This document shows, piece after piece, positions 1 to 11,998 of a stretch of DNA of 64,000 nucleotides. Under the pieces are notes generated by a model, which was not told the DNA's origin, ran no database searches, and worked only from the letters and a program-made list of their open reading frames with translations. The number at the start of each line of letters is the position of its first letter. Within the stretch, counting starts at the first letter, position 1. Made by a program: the position numbers and the translations under genes. Origin of the DNA: Desulfatiglandales bacterium (lineage in GTDB: Bacteria > Desulfobacterota > DSM-4660 > Desulfatiglandales > Desulfatiglandaceae); contig OY759599.1 of the NCBI GenBank assembly GCA_963662465.1, positions 2,464,001 through 2,528,000 of the forward strand, written 5' to 3'.

Positions 1-2
1 AA

Positions 3-1628
3 TCTCTCCATGGAATTGAAGCCACCGCCGAATTTGAGGGACTGTATGACGTCCTTTTTGAACAGTGCCTGGATGGGGTCATTATTTTGGTGGATGGCCT
101 GCTCGTCAAGGCAAACAGAGCCTTTTGCGATCTTTTCGGACGCTCAGTTGAAAGCATGATCGGCAAAGATCCCGTTGACTTCTTACATCCGGATGACCGG
201 ATGACGGCCACACGCCGGATAACGACCCTCATGAATGGAAAAGTATTTACCGTAACCCGAGAATATCGCGGAATTCGAGGAGACGGGTCTCAGTTCTGGG
301 CGGAGTTGCGAAGCACCCTCATCAAAATGGGGGAAAAGCCCGCCATTCAATGCATCGTGCGCAATATCGACGAACAGAAAACAGCCAGAGCATCCCTCCG
401 GAAAAGTGAAGTGCAGCATCGCCTCATGATAACCCGGCAAAAAGAGGCCAACAGGGCCTTGGCGGCACAGCTCTCCCAGGCCCAGAAGATGGAGGCCATC
501 GGAACCCTTGCAGGGGGCATTGCCCACGATTTCAACAATATCCTGGCGGGAATTTTGGCATGTACGGAACTCTCCCTTCTCAAGATTGCCCCAGATCATC
601 CCGCCAGACACCATCTGGAGCAGATCTTGAAAGCCGGAGAACGAGCCGGCAATCTGGTCAGGCAGATTCTCGAATTCAGCAGAAAGGGCGAACAACAGCG
701 CATCGCGGTTCAGGTGGACGAGGTAACGAAAGAGGTCATCAACCTGCTTCGCGCATCCCTTCCCGCGAACATAGAGATTCAGCAAGCAACAAAAAACTTT
801 GCCGGCGCCGTGATGGGAGATCCAACCCAGATCCACCAGATTCTGATCAATCTCTGCACCAATGCGGCCCATGCCATGCAGGTAAAGGGCGGCATCCTCA
901 CCGTGGCCCTGGATGAGATCCATTTCGATGAGGAAGACGCTCGGGCCTGCGGGGAAATAGCCCCCGGCCCATATGTAAGACTGACGGTCGGCGACACAGG
1001 TCACGGCATGAATCCAAGAACCGTTGAGAGAATTTTCGAGCCCTATTTTACCACCAAGGAAAAGGGTGAAGGGACCGGTATGGGGCTTGCCGTGGTCCAT
1101 GGTATCGTCAAAGGCCTTGGCGGAATCATCGATGTCAAAAGCGAGGTCCATAAAGGAACCCGTTTCGAGGTTTTGATCCCGATGATTAATAATGGATATG
1201 AAGCAGAAAATAGACCCCCGAATAATATTCCGGGAGGTCATGAACGTATCCTTTTTGTTGACGATGAGAATATCCTTATTGAAACCATGAAAGCGATTCT
1301 GATGGCACTCGGATATGACGTGGATACCATGAAGAGCGGCGTGGAAGCCCTGGAACTCATCCGCATGAAACCGGAAACATATGACTTGATTATTACGGAC
1401 CAGAGCATGCCGAAAATGACGGGCGTGCAATTTGCCCGAGCTCTCAAAAAGCTTGGGCTCCAGATTCCGATGATCCTCTGCACCGGCTTTAGCGAGGTCA
1501 TCTCGCGGGAAGAGGCCCGATCTATCGGCATAAGGGATTTTATTATGAAACCCATTTTGATGGAAAATCTCGCTGAAATCATCCGGAATGTGCTTGATGA
1601 GGGCGAGCTTAAAACAGTGCGGGATTAG
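3..1628 (+). CDS. PAS-containing hybrid sensor histidine kinase/response regulator (5'-partial)
   Basis: Frame is open from the window edge. PAS domain, H-box AHDFNN, N-box NLCTNA, G-boxes DTGHGM and GEGTGMGL, C-terminal receiver (FVDDE, TDQSMP, KP). Confidence 0.92.
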   Translation, partial: SLHGIEATAEFEGLYDVLFEQCLDGVIILVDGLLVKANRAFCDLFGRSVESMIGKDPVDFLHPDDRMTATRRITTLMNGKVFTVTREYRGIRGDGSQFWAELRSTLIKMGEKPAIQCIVRNIDEQKTARASLRKSEVQHRLMITRQKEANRALAAQLSQAQKMEAIGTLAGGIAHDFNNILAGILACTELSLLKIAPDHPARHHLEQILKAGERAGNLVRQILEFSRKGEQQRIAVQVDEVTKEVINLLRASLPANIEIQQATKNFAGAVMGDPTQIHQILINLCTNAAHAMQVKGGILTVALDEIHFDEEDARACGEIAPGPYVRLTVGDTGHGMNPRTVERIFEPYFTTKEKGEGTGMGLAVVHGIVKGLGGIIDVKSEVHKGTRFEVLIPMINNGYEAENRPPNNIPGGHERILFVDDENILIETMKAILMALGYDVDTMKSGVEALELIRMKPETYDLIITDQSMPKMTGVQFARALKKLGLQIPMILCTGFSEVISREEARSIGIRDFIMKPILMENLAEIIRNVLDEGELKTVRD

Positions 1629-1633
1629 AGACA

Positions 1634-1697
1634 ATGGCAAATGTTCTGATCGTAGACGACAACAGACTGTTATGCCAAGCCCTGTCCGATTCATATA
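1634..1697 (+). pseudogene. N-terminal stub of an NtrC-like response regulator
   Basis: Reads MANVLIVDDNRLLCQALSD, paralogous to MANILIIDDDRMICESLID at 7980, then breaks off. Confidence 0.7.
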
Positions 1698-1698
1698 C

Positions 1699-2316
1699 GT
1701 GGGCTATGTGGTCGCCTTGTTAAGCGAGAATCTCGAATGATCGGAAAGAGCCGTTCAGACCTCCAGAAAGATATACCAGACCATATTCGAAAACACCGGA
1801 ACCGCAAACATGATGGTTGAGGAAGACTCAACCATATTTCTGGTGAACAGGCAATTCGCTGGTCTCTCCGGCTACACAAAAGAGGAGATTGAAGCGAAAA
1901 AAAGTGGTTGGAGTTTTTTTCAAAAGAGGGTGTCGAAAAGATGATAGTACCATCATATACGAAGACTTGATCCGGATGCGGTTCCCAGGAGCTATGATGC
2001 CCGATTCGTGAACCGGAAGGGCGTTGCCAAAGAGGTGCTTCTCAATGTTGCTGTCATAGCGGGGACGAAGAAGAGCGTGACCTCCATATCTGATATCAGT
2101 ACCATTAAAGACGCGGAGAGAGCGCGGAAGATTCTCCAAAAAAAACTTGAAGAAGCGTTGACCCATGCGCTCAGTGGATTTATCCCGATCTGCTCAAATT
2201 GCAAGAAAATTCGTAATGAGAAGGGTCGGTGGAACCAGGTAGAATCGTACATCAAAGACCGTTCAGGGGCTGAATTCAGCCACACCGTCTGCCCGGAATG
2301 CGGAAAAAAACTTTGA
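1699..2316 (+). pseudogene. Degenerate paralog of the PAS/Cys-motif membrane protein at 5653-6588
   Basis: Aligns to about 5941-6560. 5' part missing, TGG changed to TGA at 1738, frameshift near 1930-1945; keeps ICSNCKKIR...SHTVCPEC. Confidence 0.85.
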
Positions 2317-2322
2317 TGAACC

Positions 2323-2370
2323 TGTGGGAGCGGCTTCCAGCCGCGAAAAGTCGCGGTGAGACGCCGCTCA
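2323..2370. repeat. REP-like GC-rich palindromic element
   Basis: GTGGGAGCGGCTTCCAGCCGCGA...TCGCGG...GCCGCTCAC forms nested inverted repeats just after a stop codon. Confidence 0.55.
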
Positions 2371-2518
2371 CGAACATCCTGCGCTAAATCAGCGTCCATA
2401 ATGAGAATTGCTGTACGATATTATTGTCGGCTCAGGGAGGCCGAAACGATGATCAAGGCCTAAAGATCGGAAAGGAGGTAAAACAAAGAGCATCAATCAC
2501 AAAAGAAGATAATTGAAA

Positions 2519-2536
2519 CGTATCCAAACGGATACG
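2519..2536. promoter_or_regulatory. Candidate transcription-factor operator
   Basis: Perfect palindrome CGTATCC-N4-GGATACG about 50 bp upstream of the Cache gene. Confidence 0.4.
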
Positions 2537-2587
2537 AATTCGCAACTACCCCACAAATTTCAATCTAACAATGGAAAGGAGTGAACA

Positions 2588-3097
2588 GTGAAAAAAAGAG
2601 TAATTTTAGCAGTTATATCGGCTTTATGGGTTTGTTGTTTTATCAACACTAATGTTTGGGCTGCTGATAAGGCAGCACCGGAGGAGGTCGTCGCCAAGGT
2701 TAAGGAGGCCGCGGCCTTTTTGAGCGTTGCAGGCGATGAGGGCCTAAAGGAATTCATGGACCCGAAAGGCAGATGGGTTTGGAAAAATACCTATGTGTGG
2801 GTTCTCCATTGCGACAAAATGACCGATGCCGCCCATCCCCTCAAACACAAACTGGTGGGGATGGATCTCGGAGGTTTGAAAGATATCAAGGGCAATTATT
2901 TTTTCATCGATTTTTGCGAAGTTTCCAAGAAAACAAATGGTGGATGGGTTGAGTATTGGTGGCCAAAAAAAGGGGAACGAAAGCCTTCGCGAAAAATCTC
3001 GTATGTCTTGAAGGTCCCCAATAGTCCATATCAGGTAGCCGCAGGCATATATGATGAAGCGGTTCCTATAAATGAGCTTAATCAATTTATAAAGTGA
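2588..3097 (+). CDS. Secreted stand-alone Cache-domain protein
   Basis: Signal peptide ending VWA-AD; AHP...LVG...LKDIKG...[10 protein letters not shown]...KISYV...AGIY Cache motif; AAGGAG RBS. Confidence 0.85.
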   Translation: MKKRVILAVISALWVCCFINTNVWAADKAAPEEVVAKVKEAAAFLSVAGDEGLKEFMDPKGRWVWKNTYVWVLHCDKMTDAAHPLKHKLVGMDLGGLKDIKGNYFFIDFCEVSKKTNGGWVEYWWPKKGERKPSRKISYVLKVPNSPYQVAAGIYDEAVPINELNQFIK

Positions 3098-3267
3098 TAT
3101 TTTTTTTTGGCGGAAGGACCGGATGTAAAAAAGCCTCTTTTCTCGCCCATTGCGAGGATGGAGGCGAACCCTACCAAAATGACTTCGGCAGAAACGTAAA
3201 GTCTTCTCTTTTTTCATTTCGCGTAGCCATCCCTTACGAGATTTATGGAATTCACGGAGTACTTAAA

Positions 3268-5025
3268 ATGAAAATATCCACAAAACTAATTCTTATAATC
3301 GTCTTAGGTATAACCATAGTGTTTGCACAATTTGTTTTTGATCGTTTCCTGGAAAACAAGCTGGAAGACTACGAAATGGCCGTTATTCAGCTGGGTAAGT
3401 TAAACAAAAACCTTCTCACAGCGATCATAGAGGAGAAGAATTTCTCCAAAGATCAGGGAGATGGGGCATATCAGAAGGCGAACCAATACCTCGCGAAGGC
3501 CCGGGAAGCTCTCTTTGCTTTGGAAAAAGGCGCTGTAAATTTAAAAGGGGAAAAAATCGCTTTTCTGAAGGAGCATCTGAAAAAATACCGTGTCACTTTC
3601 GAGGAGCTCCTTCAACAGGTGCAACGCCTTGGCGCGGAGGATAAGCGCCTCACCGATGGGCTTTTCAACATGAACAAAAAAGCCATGAACGTTCTCGAAA
3701 AGGTAAATGAAGAAATCGCTATCGCGCTGACAAATGTGGAAGAGGTGAGCGAAACGATCAGGCAGCTATCCGAAATCACCAAAAATACCCTGATATGGAC
3801 AAACAGGATTGTCTTTGTTCTCAGCGAAGATCTTTTCTTGCGAAGGGATGAAAAAACCTATCTGGAGCAAACAAAGAAAATCATTTTCAGGCTTAATAAG
3901 GAAAAAGAAAGCGCCGATATTCTTTCAAAAATACTCACCGACCAGAGCTACATGGATTTCATCGGAATGGCAACAAAAATTATCGATCAGCTTCCTGAAC
4001 AAACCGTTCAAATTTATGATGTCTGGAAAGTGACCCAAAAACTTGAAATAGACATGGATCAAACTCGAAAGAAGTTGTTGAATGAAGCAAACAAGCTTTC
4101 AGCCTCCATCGAAAAGCAGAGAGGCCATCTTAAAAAACAGTTGCTGTGGATCAATGTACTCGTTCTTGTGTGCATCACAGCATTTCTGACCATTGTAGGT
4201 CTACTCATCATTCGATCCATTAACCAGCCTCTTAAAGAAGCAATTTCAGGATTAACACAGTGTGGCGAACAGGTGATGGCTGCTTCCTCCCAGGTTTCTT
4301 TCGGAAGCCGGTCGGTGGCGGAAGGGGCATCTGAGCAGGCGGCTTCGATAGAGGAGACCTCTTCTTCACTGGAGGAGATGTCTTCAATGACAAAGCAAAA
4401 TGCAGAACATGGAGGTCATGCAAATAATTTCATGGAAGACGTCAAACAGATTGTGGCCGAAATGAACCATGTTATGAAGGAACTCAGCGTTTCCATGGAC
4501 GAGATTTCCGACGCAAGCCAAGAAACTTCAAAGATCATAAAGACCATTGATGAAATCGCCTTCCAGACCAATCTTCTGGCGTTGAATGCCGCGGTGGAAG
4601 CAGCAAGGGCCGGCGAGGCGGGATCGGGATTTGCGGTAGTGGCAGATGAGGTACGAAATCTGGCCATAAGGTCTGCGGATGCAGCCAGGAATACCTCGAA
4701 CCTGATTGAAAGCACCGTCATAAAAATTGAGAGGGGAACCGAAATCGTGAGCAAAACCAACGAGGACTTCACAAAGGTAAACAAAAGCGCCTCCAAAGTT
4801 GCTGAGCTGATAGGGGAAATAGCCGCCGCATCAACTGAGCAGGCTCAGGGGATTGACCAGATCAATAAGGCTGTGGCTGAAATGGATAAGGTAGTCCAAC
4901 AAAATGCCGCGAACGCAGAGGAATCTGCCGGCTCTTCAGCGGAAATGGATGCTCAGACCGAAAATATGCAGGAGATTATAAATGAATTGGCGGTCATGGT
5001 TGAAGGGGAAAAACGAGAGAAGTGA
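3268..5025 (+). CDS. Methyl-accepting chemotaxis protein
   Basis: Two TM segments and [23 protein letters not shown] hairpin. Start moved to MKISTK (GGAG RBS). Confidence 0.93.
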   Translation: MKISTKLILIIVLGITIVFAQFVFDRFLENKLEDYEMAVIQLGKLNKNLLTAIIEEKNFSKDQGDGAYQKANQYLAKAREALFALEKGAVNLKGEKIAFLKEHLKKYRVTFEELLQQVQRLGAEDKRLTDGLFNMNKKAMNVLEKVNEEIAIALTNVEEVSETIRQLSEITKNTLIWTNRIVFVLSEDLFLRRDEKTYLEQTKKIIFRLNKEKESADILSKILTDQSYMDFIGMATKIIDQLPEQTVQIYDVWKVTQKLEIDMDQTRKKLLNEANKLSASIEKQRGHLKKQLLWINVLVLVCITAFLTIVGLLIIRSINQPLKEAISGLTQCGEQVMAASSQVSFGSRSVAEGASEQAASIEETSSSLEEMSSMTKQNAEHGGHANNFMEDVKQIVAEMNHVMKELSVSMDEISDASQETSKIIKTIDEIAFQTNLLALNAAVEAARAGEAGSGFAVVADEVRNLAIRSADAARNTSNLIESTVIKIERGTEIVSKTNEDFTKVNKSASKVAELIGEIAAASTEQAQGIDQINKAVAEMDKVVQQNAANAEESAGSSAEMDAQTENMQEIINELAVMVEGEKREK

Positions 5026-5652
5026 TGGTAAAAGTAATTCAAAACATATGCAACGAATATAGAATTCCTATAATGGCCCTATTGTTAATTTCGGTCTGTC
5101 TTTTAACTTACTGCTTTCACGGCGTGTCCTTAAGACCGGCATGGAACTGTTGATCAACAAGGTTATGGAGGTTGAGCGGAAACCGCAGCCAACTGGTTGC
5201 CAAGGTATTTGGCGGCACCCATGTTCTCCCCCCATTTCTAAAGAAAACGGGGTCGGGAAAAAAACGCGGCCTTCGTTCTCGGGTTTCTGAAAAAAGAGCA
5301 GATCAGGATTATCAACAAGGATCTGGGAGGTCGTGAACCCCGAAGAATCTATTTGCATACCGATACGGGGGAAGTGTTCCTGAAACGCCTCCCCTCCGCG
5401 AAATTCACAAATATTGCCATGGCAGAAAAAAAACATTTTGGGAAAATCAAGAAGATTGCCGAAAAAGGAGGGGATATAACCCTTTTTTAGGTTCACCGCC
5501 AATCCCCCTGACCTGTGCCATAAACAATTACAGGAGACCTAATTAGAGCGGCAGACTAATCTTGATCTTGGTGATCCCATTTTAATTGACATATCCCGCC
5601 AAATTTGATCCAAGATATCTCTCCCAATCAGTTTTTCATAAAAAGAGATGTG

Positions 5653-6588
5653 ATGACAAAAAAAAATCAAAGAACGGAAACCCGATTCAAGATTGCCGCA
5701 ATAGTCCTTCTATTAATAGCCGCCTGCTTTTTAACGTACTATTTTCATTGCGTGCTTAAAAGTGGTAAAATCTTTACCCATTTCTTCTACATCCCTATCT
5801 TTCTGTCATCCCTCTGGTGGAAAAAAAAGGGGCTGATCGTCGCCGTATTATTGGCGCTGTTGTTGATCCTCAGTCACGACCAGTTAAGGATGGATGTGGA
5901 TAATGCCAATGATTATGTGAGGGCCCTCATGTTTTTGTGCGTAGGCTATGTGGTCGCCTTGTTGAGTGAGAAGATCGAGTGGTCGGAAAGGATTGCTCGG
6001 ACCTCGATGGATATATACAAAACCATATTCGAAACCACCGGAACGGCCACCATCATCATTGAGGAGGACACCACCATATTTCTTGCGAACAAACAATTTG
6101 AAAGTCTTTCCGGCTACGCAAAAAAGGAAGTAGAGGGGAAAAAAAGGTGGTCGGAGTTCTTCGTAAAAAAGGATCTCGACAGAATGATGGAATATCATCA
6201 TATCCGAAGAATCGATCCGAATGCGGTCCCCGGGAACTATGAAGCCCGCTTCGTGGACAGGGAGGGCCTTGTCAAGGAAGTGGTCCTGAATGTGGCGGTC
6301 ATCCCCGGAACGAAGAAGAGTGTGGCGGCCATAGCCGATATCAGTCCCATTAAAGACGCTCTGAGAGAGCGGGAGCTTCTCCAAAAAAAGCTTGAGGAGG
6401 CCCTGGCCCAGGTACTCAGCGGGTTTATCCCCATCTGCGCCAACTGCAAAAAAATCCGCGATGAAAAGGGGCAATGGAGCCAGGTGGAATTGTATATCAA
6501 AAACCGTTCAAAGGCCGAGTTCAGTCATACCATCTGCCCTGAATGTGGAAAAAAGCTCTATGGCAATCTCTATCGGGACCCGAAGTGA
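5653..6588 (+). CDS. Membrane protein with PAS domain and C-terminal CxxC...HxxCxxC motif
   Basis: About four TM helices, PAS (IFETTG...ANKQFE), IPICANCKKIRD...FSHTICPEC tail. Confidence 0.85.
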   Translation: MTKKNQRTETRFKIAAIVLLLIAACFLTYYFHCVLKSGKIFTHFFYIPIFLSSLWWKKKGLIVAVLLALLLILSHDQLRMDVDNANDYVRALMFLCVGYVVALLSEKIEWSERIARTSMDIYKTIFETTGTATIIIEEDTTIFLANKQFESLSGYAKKEVEGKKRWSEFFVKKDLDRMMEYHHIRRIDPNAVPGNYEARFVDREGLVKEVVLNVAVIPGTKKSVAAIADISPIKDALRERELLQKKLEEALAQVLSGFIPICANCKKIRDEKGQWSQVELYIKNRSKAEFSHTICPECGKKLYGNLYRDPK

Positions 6589-6613
6589 ATGGCTAAGGCT
6601 CAGGTGAAAAATC

Positions 6614-8005
6614 ATGCTGTTTAAAAAAGCCCGCGACGGATTCGAAAGCCGAATCAGAAATCAAACGGCAGCGCTTGAAAAGACCCGACAAGCGCTGCAA
6701 AACGAGATGGCGGCGCATGGCCGTACCCAAAACGCTCTGGAGGAGAGTGAAAGAAAACATCAACTGCTTGAAACGGCATTGACCGAATGCCAAAACAAAT
6801 ACGGCGCCATGGCGGATTCGATAAATGAAATGGCATCCCGCCTTCAGCAGGCCCAAAGCATGGAAGCCATCGGGATACTGGCGGGGGGAATCGCCCATGA
6901 TTTCAAAAACATCCTCTCGCCCATCATGATGTATGCGGGCATGGCATCCATGGGAATTCCGGTTCAAGACCCCCTCCATTCCCACATGGATCAAATCATC
7001 AAGTCCGGAAACCGCGCCGACGCGCTGGTCCGTCAACTCCTTCTGTTCAGCCGGCAAAACAAGCCGGAACCGGGTCCCTTGATGATCCGTCCGATCCTGA
7101 AGGAAACCCTCAAATGGTTAAGGTTTTCCATTCCCGCCACCATCCGCATAAAACAAAACATTGAGGTGGAATCGGACACGATTTCAGCTGATCCGCTTCG
7201 GATGCACCGGCTCTTGACGAACCTGTTCACCCATGTGATAGAACGGATGGGTCATAAAGGCGGCATCATGACCGTAGGGTTGATGGATGCGGACATGGAT
7301 TCGGAAAATCTCAAGGGGCATCCCGATTTGATCCCGGAACGGTCCTACCTCAAACTGACGGTAAGCGATGCAGGCATTGGAATGGAATCTGAAGTGCCGG
7401 CGCAACTATTTGAACCCTATGCCCCACCAAAGAACGCCGCGGGGCTGAGGCTTGCCGCGGTCCATGATATCGTCGAACAGCTAAGTGGGGCGATTTTCGT
7501 CAGCAGTGCGCCTGAAAAGGGTGCGACCTTTGAAATATTTTTCCCGAAAATCGAAACCGATGGTGCAAAAGACACGGGTGGAAAAGAACCCCCACCCAAA
7601 GGCCATGAGAGGATATTGTTCATCGATGATGACGTGATGGTGGCGGATGCCGCAAAAATCATGTTTGAAAGTCTCGGCTATCGGGTTCATAAGGCCACCA
7701 GCAGCCTTGCGGCGCTGGCGGCATTCAAAGAAAGTCCCTGGAATTTCGACCTGGTGATAACCGACCGGGTGATGCCGGATATGACGGGAGAAGATCTGTG
7801 CCGCGCGATCCTGCGCATACGACCGGATATCCCCATCATCCTTTGTACCGGTGGTGATGAAATGATGAATGAGGAAATGGCAAAAGAAATCGGTATTAAA
7901 GCCTTTTTCACTAAACCCATCGCGATACGTAAAACAGCCGGGATGATCCGGCGATTGCTGGATCAGCAAAGGAATAAAAATGGCCAATATCCTCATCATC
8001 GATGA
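6614..8005 (+). CDS. Atypical hybrid histidine kinase/response regulator
   Basis: H-box AHDFKN and an intact receiver, but degenerate N and G2 boxes. Confidence 0.85.
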   Translation: MLFKKARDGFESRIRNQTAALEKTRQALQNEMAAHGRTQNALEESERKHQLLETALTECQNKYGAMADSINEMASRLQQAQSMEAIGILAGGIAHDFKNILSPIMMYAGMASMGIPVQDPLHSHMDQIIKSGNRADALVRQLLLFSRQNKPEPGPLMIRPILKETLKWLRFSIPATIRIKQNIEVESDTISADPLRMHRLLTNLFTHVIERMGHKGGIMTVGLMDADMDSENLKGHPDLIPERSYLKLTVSDAGIGMESEVPAQLFEPYAPPKNAAGLRLAAVHDIVEQLSGAIFVSSAPEKGATFEIFFPKIETDGAKDTGGKEPPPKGHERILFIDDDVMVADAAKIMFESLGYRVHKATSSLAALAAFKESPWNFDLVITDRVMPDMTGEDLCRAILRIRPDIPIILCTGGDEMMNEEMAKEIGIKAFFTKPIAIRKTAGMIRRLLDQQRNKNGQYPHHR

Positions 8006-9377
8006 TGATCGGATGATTTGTGAGAGCCTGATCGATTTCATGAGACCCATGGGGCATCATGTTGCCTATGCCCTCAGGCTCAAAGACGGCCTGAAACAGA
8101 TTCGCACCGAATCCTTCGACATCGTGTTTCTCGATGTTTATCTACCCGACGGCAACGGCCTGGAACAAATCCCCACCATTCGAGAGGGGTCCATCCCGCC
8201 TGAAATCATCGTCATCACCGGAGAAGGCGATGCCGACGGCGCGGAACTTGCCGTCAAAAACGGTTGTTGGGATTACCTTCAAAAGCCCCTTTCTCCCAAA
8301 AAGACCGCCTTATCCCTCAACCGCGTCCTGCAATACATCGAGGAAAAAAGCAACCGAAAGCCGCCGATCCTCTTGAAGCGAGAGGGAATTATCGGAAAGA
8401 GCCCCCGGGTGGAAGAATGTCTCGCGCTGGTGGCAAAGGCGGGCGCTACCGACGTCAATGTCCTGATTACAGGCGCCACCGGCACCGGAAAGGAGCTTTT
8501 TGCCCAGGCAATCCATGACAACAGTCCCCGGGCCCATAACCCCTTTGTGGTGGTCGATTGCACCGCCCTGCCCCAAACCCTCATTGAAAGCATGCTCTTC
8601 GGCCATCAAAAGGGGGCCTTTACGGGCGCCATCCAGAGCCGGGAGGGTCTGATCAAACAGGCCCATGGCGGGACCCTCTTCCTCGATGAAGTGGCGGAGC
8701 TTCCCATGACCGCTCAGAGTACGTTTCTTCGGGTCCTCCAGGAACATCGTTTTCGTCCCGTGGGCAGCGAGAAAGAGCTGAAGAGCAACTTCAGGCTCAT
8801 TGCGGCGACCAATCGTAATCCGGCGCTCATGGCCCAAGCCGGAAAGTTCCGCAATGATCTGTTTTTTCGTCTCCAAACCATCGCCATCGAGTTGCCCCCC
8901 TTAAAGAACAGAACCGGCGATATCAAGGATATTGCATTTCATTACATTAATCTGTTCTGCGACCGTTTCGGGCTCAGAACCAAGGGAGTCTCCACGGAAT
9001 TTCTCGAAGCTTTAACTCAATACAGTTGGCCCGGAAACGTGCGCGAACTGATTAACGCCACCGAAAGCGCCCTGACGGAAGCCTTTGACGCCCCGACCCT
9101 CTTTCCCATTCACCTGCCGAATCTCATCCGAAGAGAATTGGTCCGTGCCTCTTTTGAACCCGGCGATTTCCATAAAGCCCCCACGAAATCGCTCCCTGAA
9201 CATCCCCGATCCTTCCCCAATTTTCAGGAATTAAGGGAAAGGACCGAGAAAAAATACTTTCAAGACCTGCTCTCCTTTACGGGGGGCCATATACAAGAGA
9301 TCTGCCGAACCTCAGGGCTGTCGCGGGCTCAGGTATACCGGCATCTGAAAAAATACAACCTCTCCCGAAACGGTTGA
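7980..9377 (+). CDS. Sigma-54-dependent response regulator (NtrC family)
   Basis: Receiver, Walker A GATGTGKE, GAFTGA loop, LFLDE, WPGNVRE, Fis-like HTH. Confidence 0.95.
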   Translation: MANILIIDDDRMICESLIDFMRPMGHHVAYALRLKDGLKQIRTESFDIVFLDVYLPDGNGLEQIPTIREGSIPPEIIVITGEGDADGAELAVKNGCWDYLQKPLSPKKTALSLNRVLQYIEEKSNRKPPILLKREGIIGKSPRVEECLALVAKAGATDVNVLITGATGTGKELFAQAIHDNSPRAHNPFVVVDCTALPQTLIESMLFGHQKGAFTGAIQSREGLIKQAHGGTLFLDEVAELPMTAQSTFLRVLQEHRFRPVGSEKELKSNFRLIAATNRNPALMAQAGKFRNDLFFRLQTIAIELPPLKNRTGDIKDIAFHYINLFCDRFGLRTKGVSTEFLEALTQYSWPGNVRELINATESALTEAFDAPTLFPIHLPNLIRRELVRASFEPGDFHKAPTKSLPEHPRSFPNFQELRERTEKKYFQDLLSFTGGHIQEICRTSGLSRAQVYRHLKKYNLSRNG

Positions 9378-9425
9378 TGACGTCCCGGTTGTCTTCTCAC
9401 CGTCTCCGTTCTGGAAAGTTTTCCA

Positions 9426-9460
9426 TGTCTCACAAATGAGATTTTTCTCCGATCCGAGAC
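9426..9460. promoter_or_regulatory. Candidate enhancer-binding-protein sites
   Basis: TGTCTCA-caaa-TGAGAT palindrome plus a weaker adjacent copy, about 120 bp upstream of a -24/-12-like motif. Confidence 0.45.
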
Positions 9461-9559
9461 GTCTTTTCTAAACTCCATTATCCTTGCCGTTTTTGCTAAT
9501 GGCATCATAACGTATTGCCATTAAACAATAAACCCACAAATCCCCGTTTCAAAGAATAT

Positions 9560-9576
9560 CCGGCATGAAACTTGGA
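9560..9576 (+). promoter_or_regulatory. Candidate sigma-54 promoter
   Basis: CCGGCATGAAACTTGGA: GG-N10-GG, one mismatch to the GG-N10-GC consensus. Confidence 0.45.
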
Positions 9577-9630
9577 ATAGGCTTTTAGATAAAATGAAAC
9601 CTGAATGCTAAAAAGCAGGGGGAGGTTCAT

Positions 9631-10035
9631 ATGAGACTACTGTTTTTTTGTGATGACGAAAAGGGCGCCGGCAAAGCGATTCAAAAAATGATCGAGGCAC
9701 AGGTACGAAAAGAGGATATGGAGATTTACCGAACAATCGGCGATCTCTCCCGAAGGCTTCACCAGCCCAGAGGCACTATCAGCATCGTCGTTCTTTTGGC
9801 CGCCAATCGGGAAAACCTTGGGGAACTCCTTTTATTGGCAGATTTACTGAATGACATACCCATGATTCTTGTATTACCGGACAGGAAGGCGGATACCATT
9901 TCGAAAGGGCATAAATTTCACCCGCGCTTTACCTGTTATATGGACAACGGTTTTTCTGATGCAGCCCTGGTGTTGGAGAAGATGATAAAAATACAGCAGA
10001 AACAAAGGAGGAATTTAAAATGTGGAAGAATATGA
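9631..10035 (+). CDS. Small degenerate receiver-like protein
   Basis: [18 protein letters not shown] start and receiver-like size; overlaps the start of the next gene. Confidence 0.65.
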   Translation: MRLLFFCDDEKGAGKAIQKMIEAQVRKEDMEIYRTIGDLSRRLHQPRGTISIVVLLAANRENLGELLLLADLLNDIPMILVLPDRKADTISKGHKFHPRFTCYMDNGFSDAALVLEKMIKIQQKQRRNLKCGRI

Positions 10036-11951
10036 AGATGGGAACCAAAATCGGCGCACTTTCGGGCGTCCTGATATTGTTGAGCGGACTGATTGCTTTT
10101 GTGGGCTACAATAGCCTATCAGGGGTGGCGAACCGGGTTTATAAAGCCGAGGATGTCAACCGCATCATTAAATCCATGCTGGCGGCACGTCAACAGGAAA
10201 AGAATTTCATGCTCCGTGGAGACAAACAATATATTGACGCGGTTCAAAAGAAAATTATCGAAGTCCAAAACCAGGCGAATATCACTCGGGATAAGTTCAA
10301 GGATCCCAAAAACAAAGGTCAAATGGGTGAGGTTCTAGCCAATGCGGCGGACTACCAGAAAGCATTTGCCCTTTATGTGGATCTCCACACCAAAATGCAG
10401 GCGGCGGATGGCACGATGGTCAAGACGGCCAGGGCGGCTGAAAAAATTGCCGCTGAAATTCAGCGGGAACAAAAGGAGCAATACCGGGAACTCCGTGACG
10501 GCAATGCTTCCAATGAGCAGCTCGACGACAAACTAACCAAGGCCGGGGAAGCCGACACCATTATCAAATGGATACTTCAATGTCGGCGGCAGGAAAAGAA
10601 CTTCTTATTGCGGGGCGACAAAAAATATGCGGACCGTGTCGCCGGGCATGTAAAAGATATCCTCGATCTAACCCGAGATTTGAAGTCCCGGTTTGCGCAA
10701 GACCGCAACAAGGAACAGGCCGATCACATCATTGCCGCTGTCCTGGCCTATCAGTCGGCCTTTGATAATGTGGTGGCATTTCGAGAAAAGCAATTGCAGG
10801 CCGATGCACAAATGGTGACCATCGCCCGTGCCGGCCAGAAAACCTGCGATACAGCCAGAGCCGATCAAAAGGCAAAAATGGAGAAACAAATATCTTCGGC
10901 CGATCACACCATGACCCTTATGGCCCTGGCGGCCATTGTGTTTGGCATACTCCTTTCATTTTTCATTATCCGGGGCATCACCAAAGTTCTCAACCACGCC
11001 ATTGACGGCCTGAACGAAGGCGCGGCGGAGGTGGCCTCCGCATCGGAACAGGTAGCCCAGTCAAGCCAATCTCTGGCGGAAGGCTCATGCCAGCAGGCTG
11101 CGGGCATCGAGGAAACATCGTCCTCATTGGAAGAGGTCTCCTCCATGACCAAACTGAATGCCGACAATGCCAGACAGGCCAACAGCCTCATGCAAGCCAC
11201 AACCGATGAAACGGGGAAGGCCAATGCCTCCATGGTGGAACTGACAAAATCCATGGCGGAAATTTCAAAGGCCAGCGAAGAAACCTCCAAAATCATTAAA
11301 ACCATTGACGAGATCGCCTTTCAAACGAACCTGCTGGCCCTGAATGCAGCGGTTGAGGCGGCAAGGGCCGGAGAAGCGGGAGCAGGCTTTGCCGTCGTGG
11401 CCGACGAGGTTCGAAATCTTGCCCTGCGGGCCGCCGAGGCCGCCAGAAACACAAGCGAGATGATCGAAGACACGGTCAAAAAGGTCATGGACGGCTCCGG
11501 GTTGGTCACCAGAACCCACGAAGCATTTACCCAGGTGGCAGGAAGCGCAAAAAAAGTGGCTGAATTAGTGGGCGAAATTACCGTAGCCTCCAATGAACAG
11601 GCCCAGGGGATTGAACAGGTCAACGTGGCGGTCAGCGAGATGGACAAGGTGGTTCAACACAATGCCGCCAGTTCCGAGGAATTCGCCAGCGCTTCCGAGG
11701 AGCTTAACGGCCAGGCCAGACAAATGAAAGGGATGGTCGGGGAATTAGCAGCCCTGGTGGGGGGAAGAAACGGCAAAGGCGCCGCCCATGCACAACGCTC
11801 AGAGACTGGAGAAAGTCTTATATCTCACAAATCTCTCGGCATGCCCAAAAGAAAATCAGCAGGTGGGGGCAACGGAAAACAAATCGCCATTCAAACCGCC
11901 AGGCCCCAGCGGGTGATGCCGTTAGAAGAGGATGCCTTTCAGGATTTCTGA
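10020..11951 (+). CDS. Methyl-accepting chemotaxis protein (helical periplasmic sensor)
   Basis: Repeated RQQEKNF/RRQEKNF helical units, signalling hairpin, C-terminal pentapeptide AFQDF. Confidence 0.95.
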   Translation: MWKNMKMGTKIGALSGVLILLSGLIAFVGYNSLSGVANRVYKAEDVNRIIKSMLAARQQEKNFMLRGDKQYIDAVQKKIIEVQNQANITRDKFKDPKNKGQMGEVLANAADYQKAFALYVDLHTKMQAADGTMVKTARAAEKIAAEIQREQKEQYRELRDGNASNEQLDDKLTKAGEADTIIKWILQCRRQEKNFLLRGDKKYADRVAGHVKDILDLTRDLKSRFAQDRNKEQADHIIAAVLAYQSAFDNVVAFREKQLQADAQMVTIARAGQKTCDTARADQKAKMEKQISSADHTMTLMALAAIVFGILLSFFIIRGITKVLNHAIDGLNEGAAEVASASEQVAQSSQSLAEGSCQQAAGIEETSSSLEEVSSMTKLNADNARQANSLMQATTDETGKANASMVELTKSMAEISKASEETSKIIKTIDEIAFQTNLLALNAAVEAARAGEAGAGFAVVADEVRNLALRAAEAARNTSEMIEDTVKKVMDGSGLVTRTHEAFTQVAGSAKKVAELVGEITVASNEQAQGIEQVNVAVSEMDKVVQHNAASSEEFASASEELNGQARQMKGMVGELAALVGGRNGKGAAHAQRSETGESLISHKSLGMPKRKSAGGGNGKQIAIQTARPQRVMPLEEDAFQDF

Positions 11952-11998
11952 TTTTTCCAGGATACACCCGGTATATTTTAATGGCAAAGAGGAAGAAT

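Noticed and set aside
183..1694. 503-aa minus-strand ORF and similar antisense ORFs over kinases, MCPs and ATPases
   Set aside because: Shadow frames of well-supported genes with no recognisable motifs.
3094..3267. Long N-terminal extensions in the ORF track (also at 22088, 27209, 35301, 58677)
   Set aside because: Paralog alignment and RBS positions point to downstream starts.
5068..5502. 144-aa minus-strand ORF
   Set aside because: No motif or RBS support; probably intergenic.
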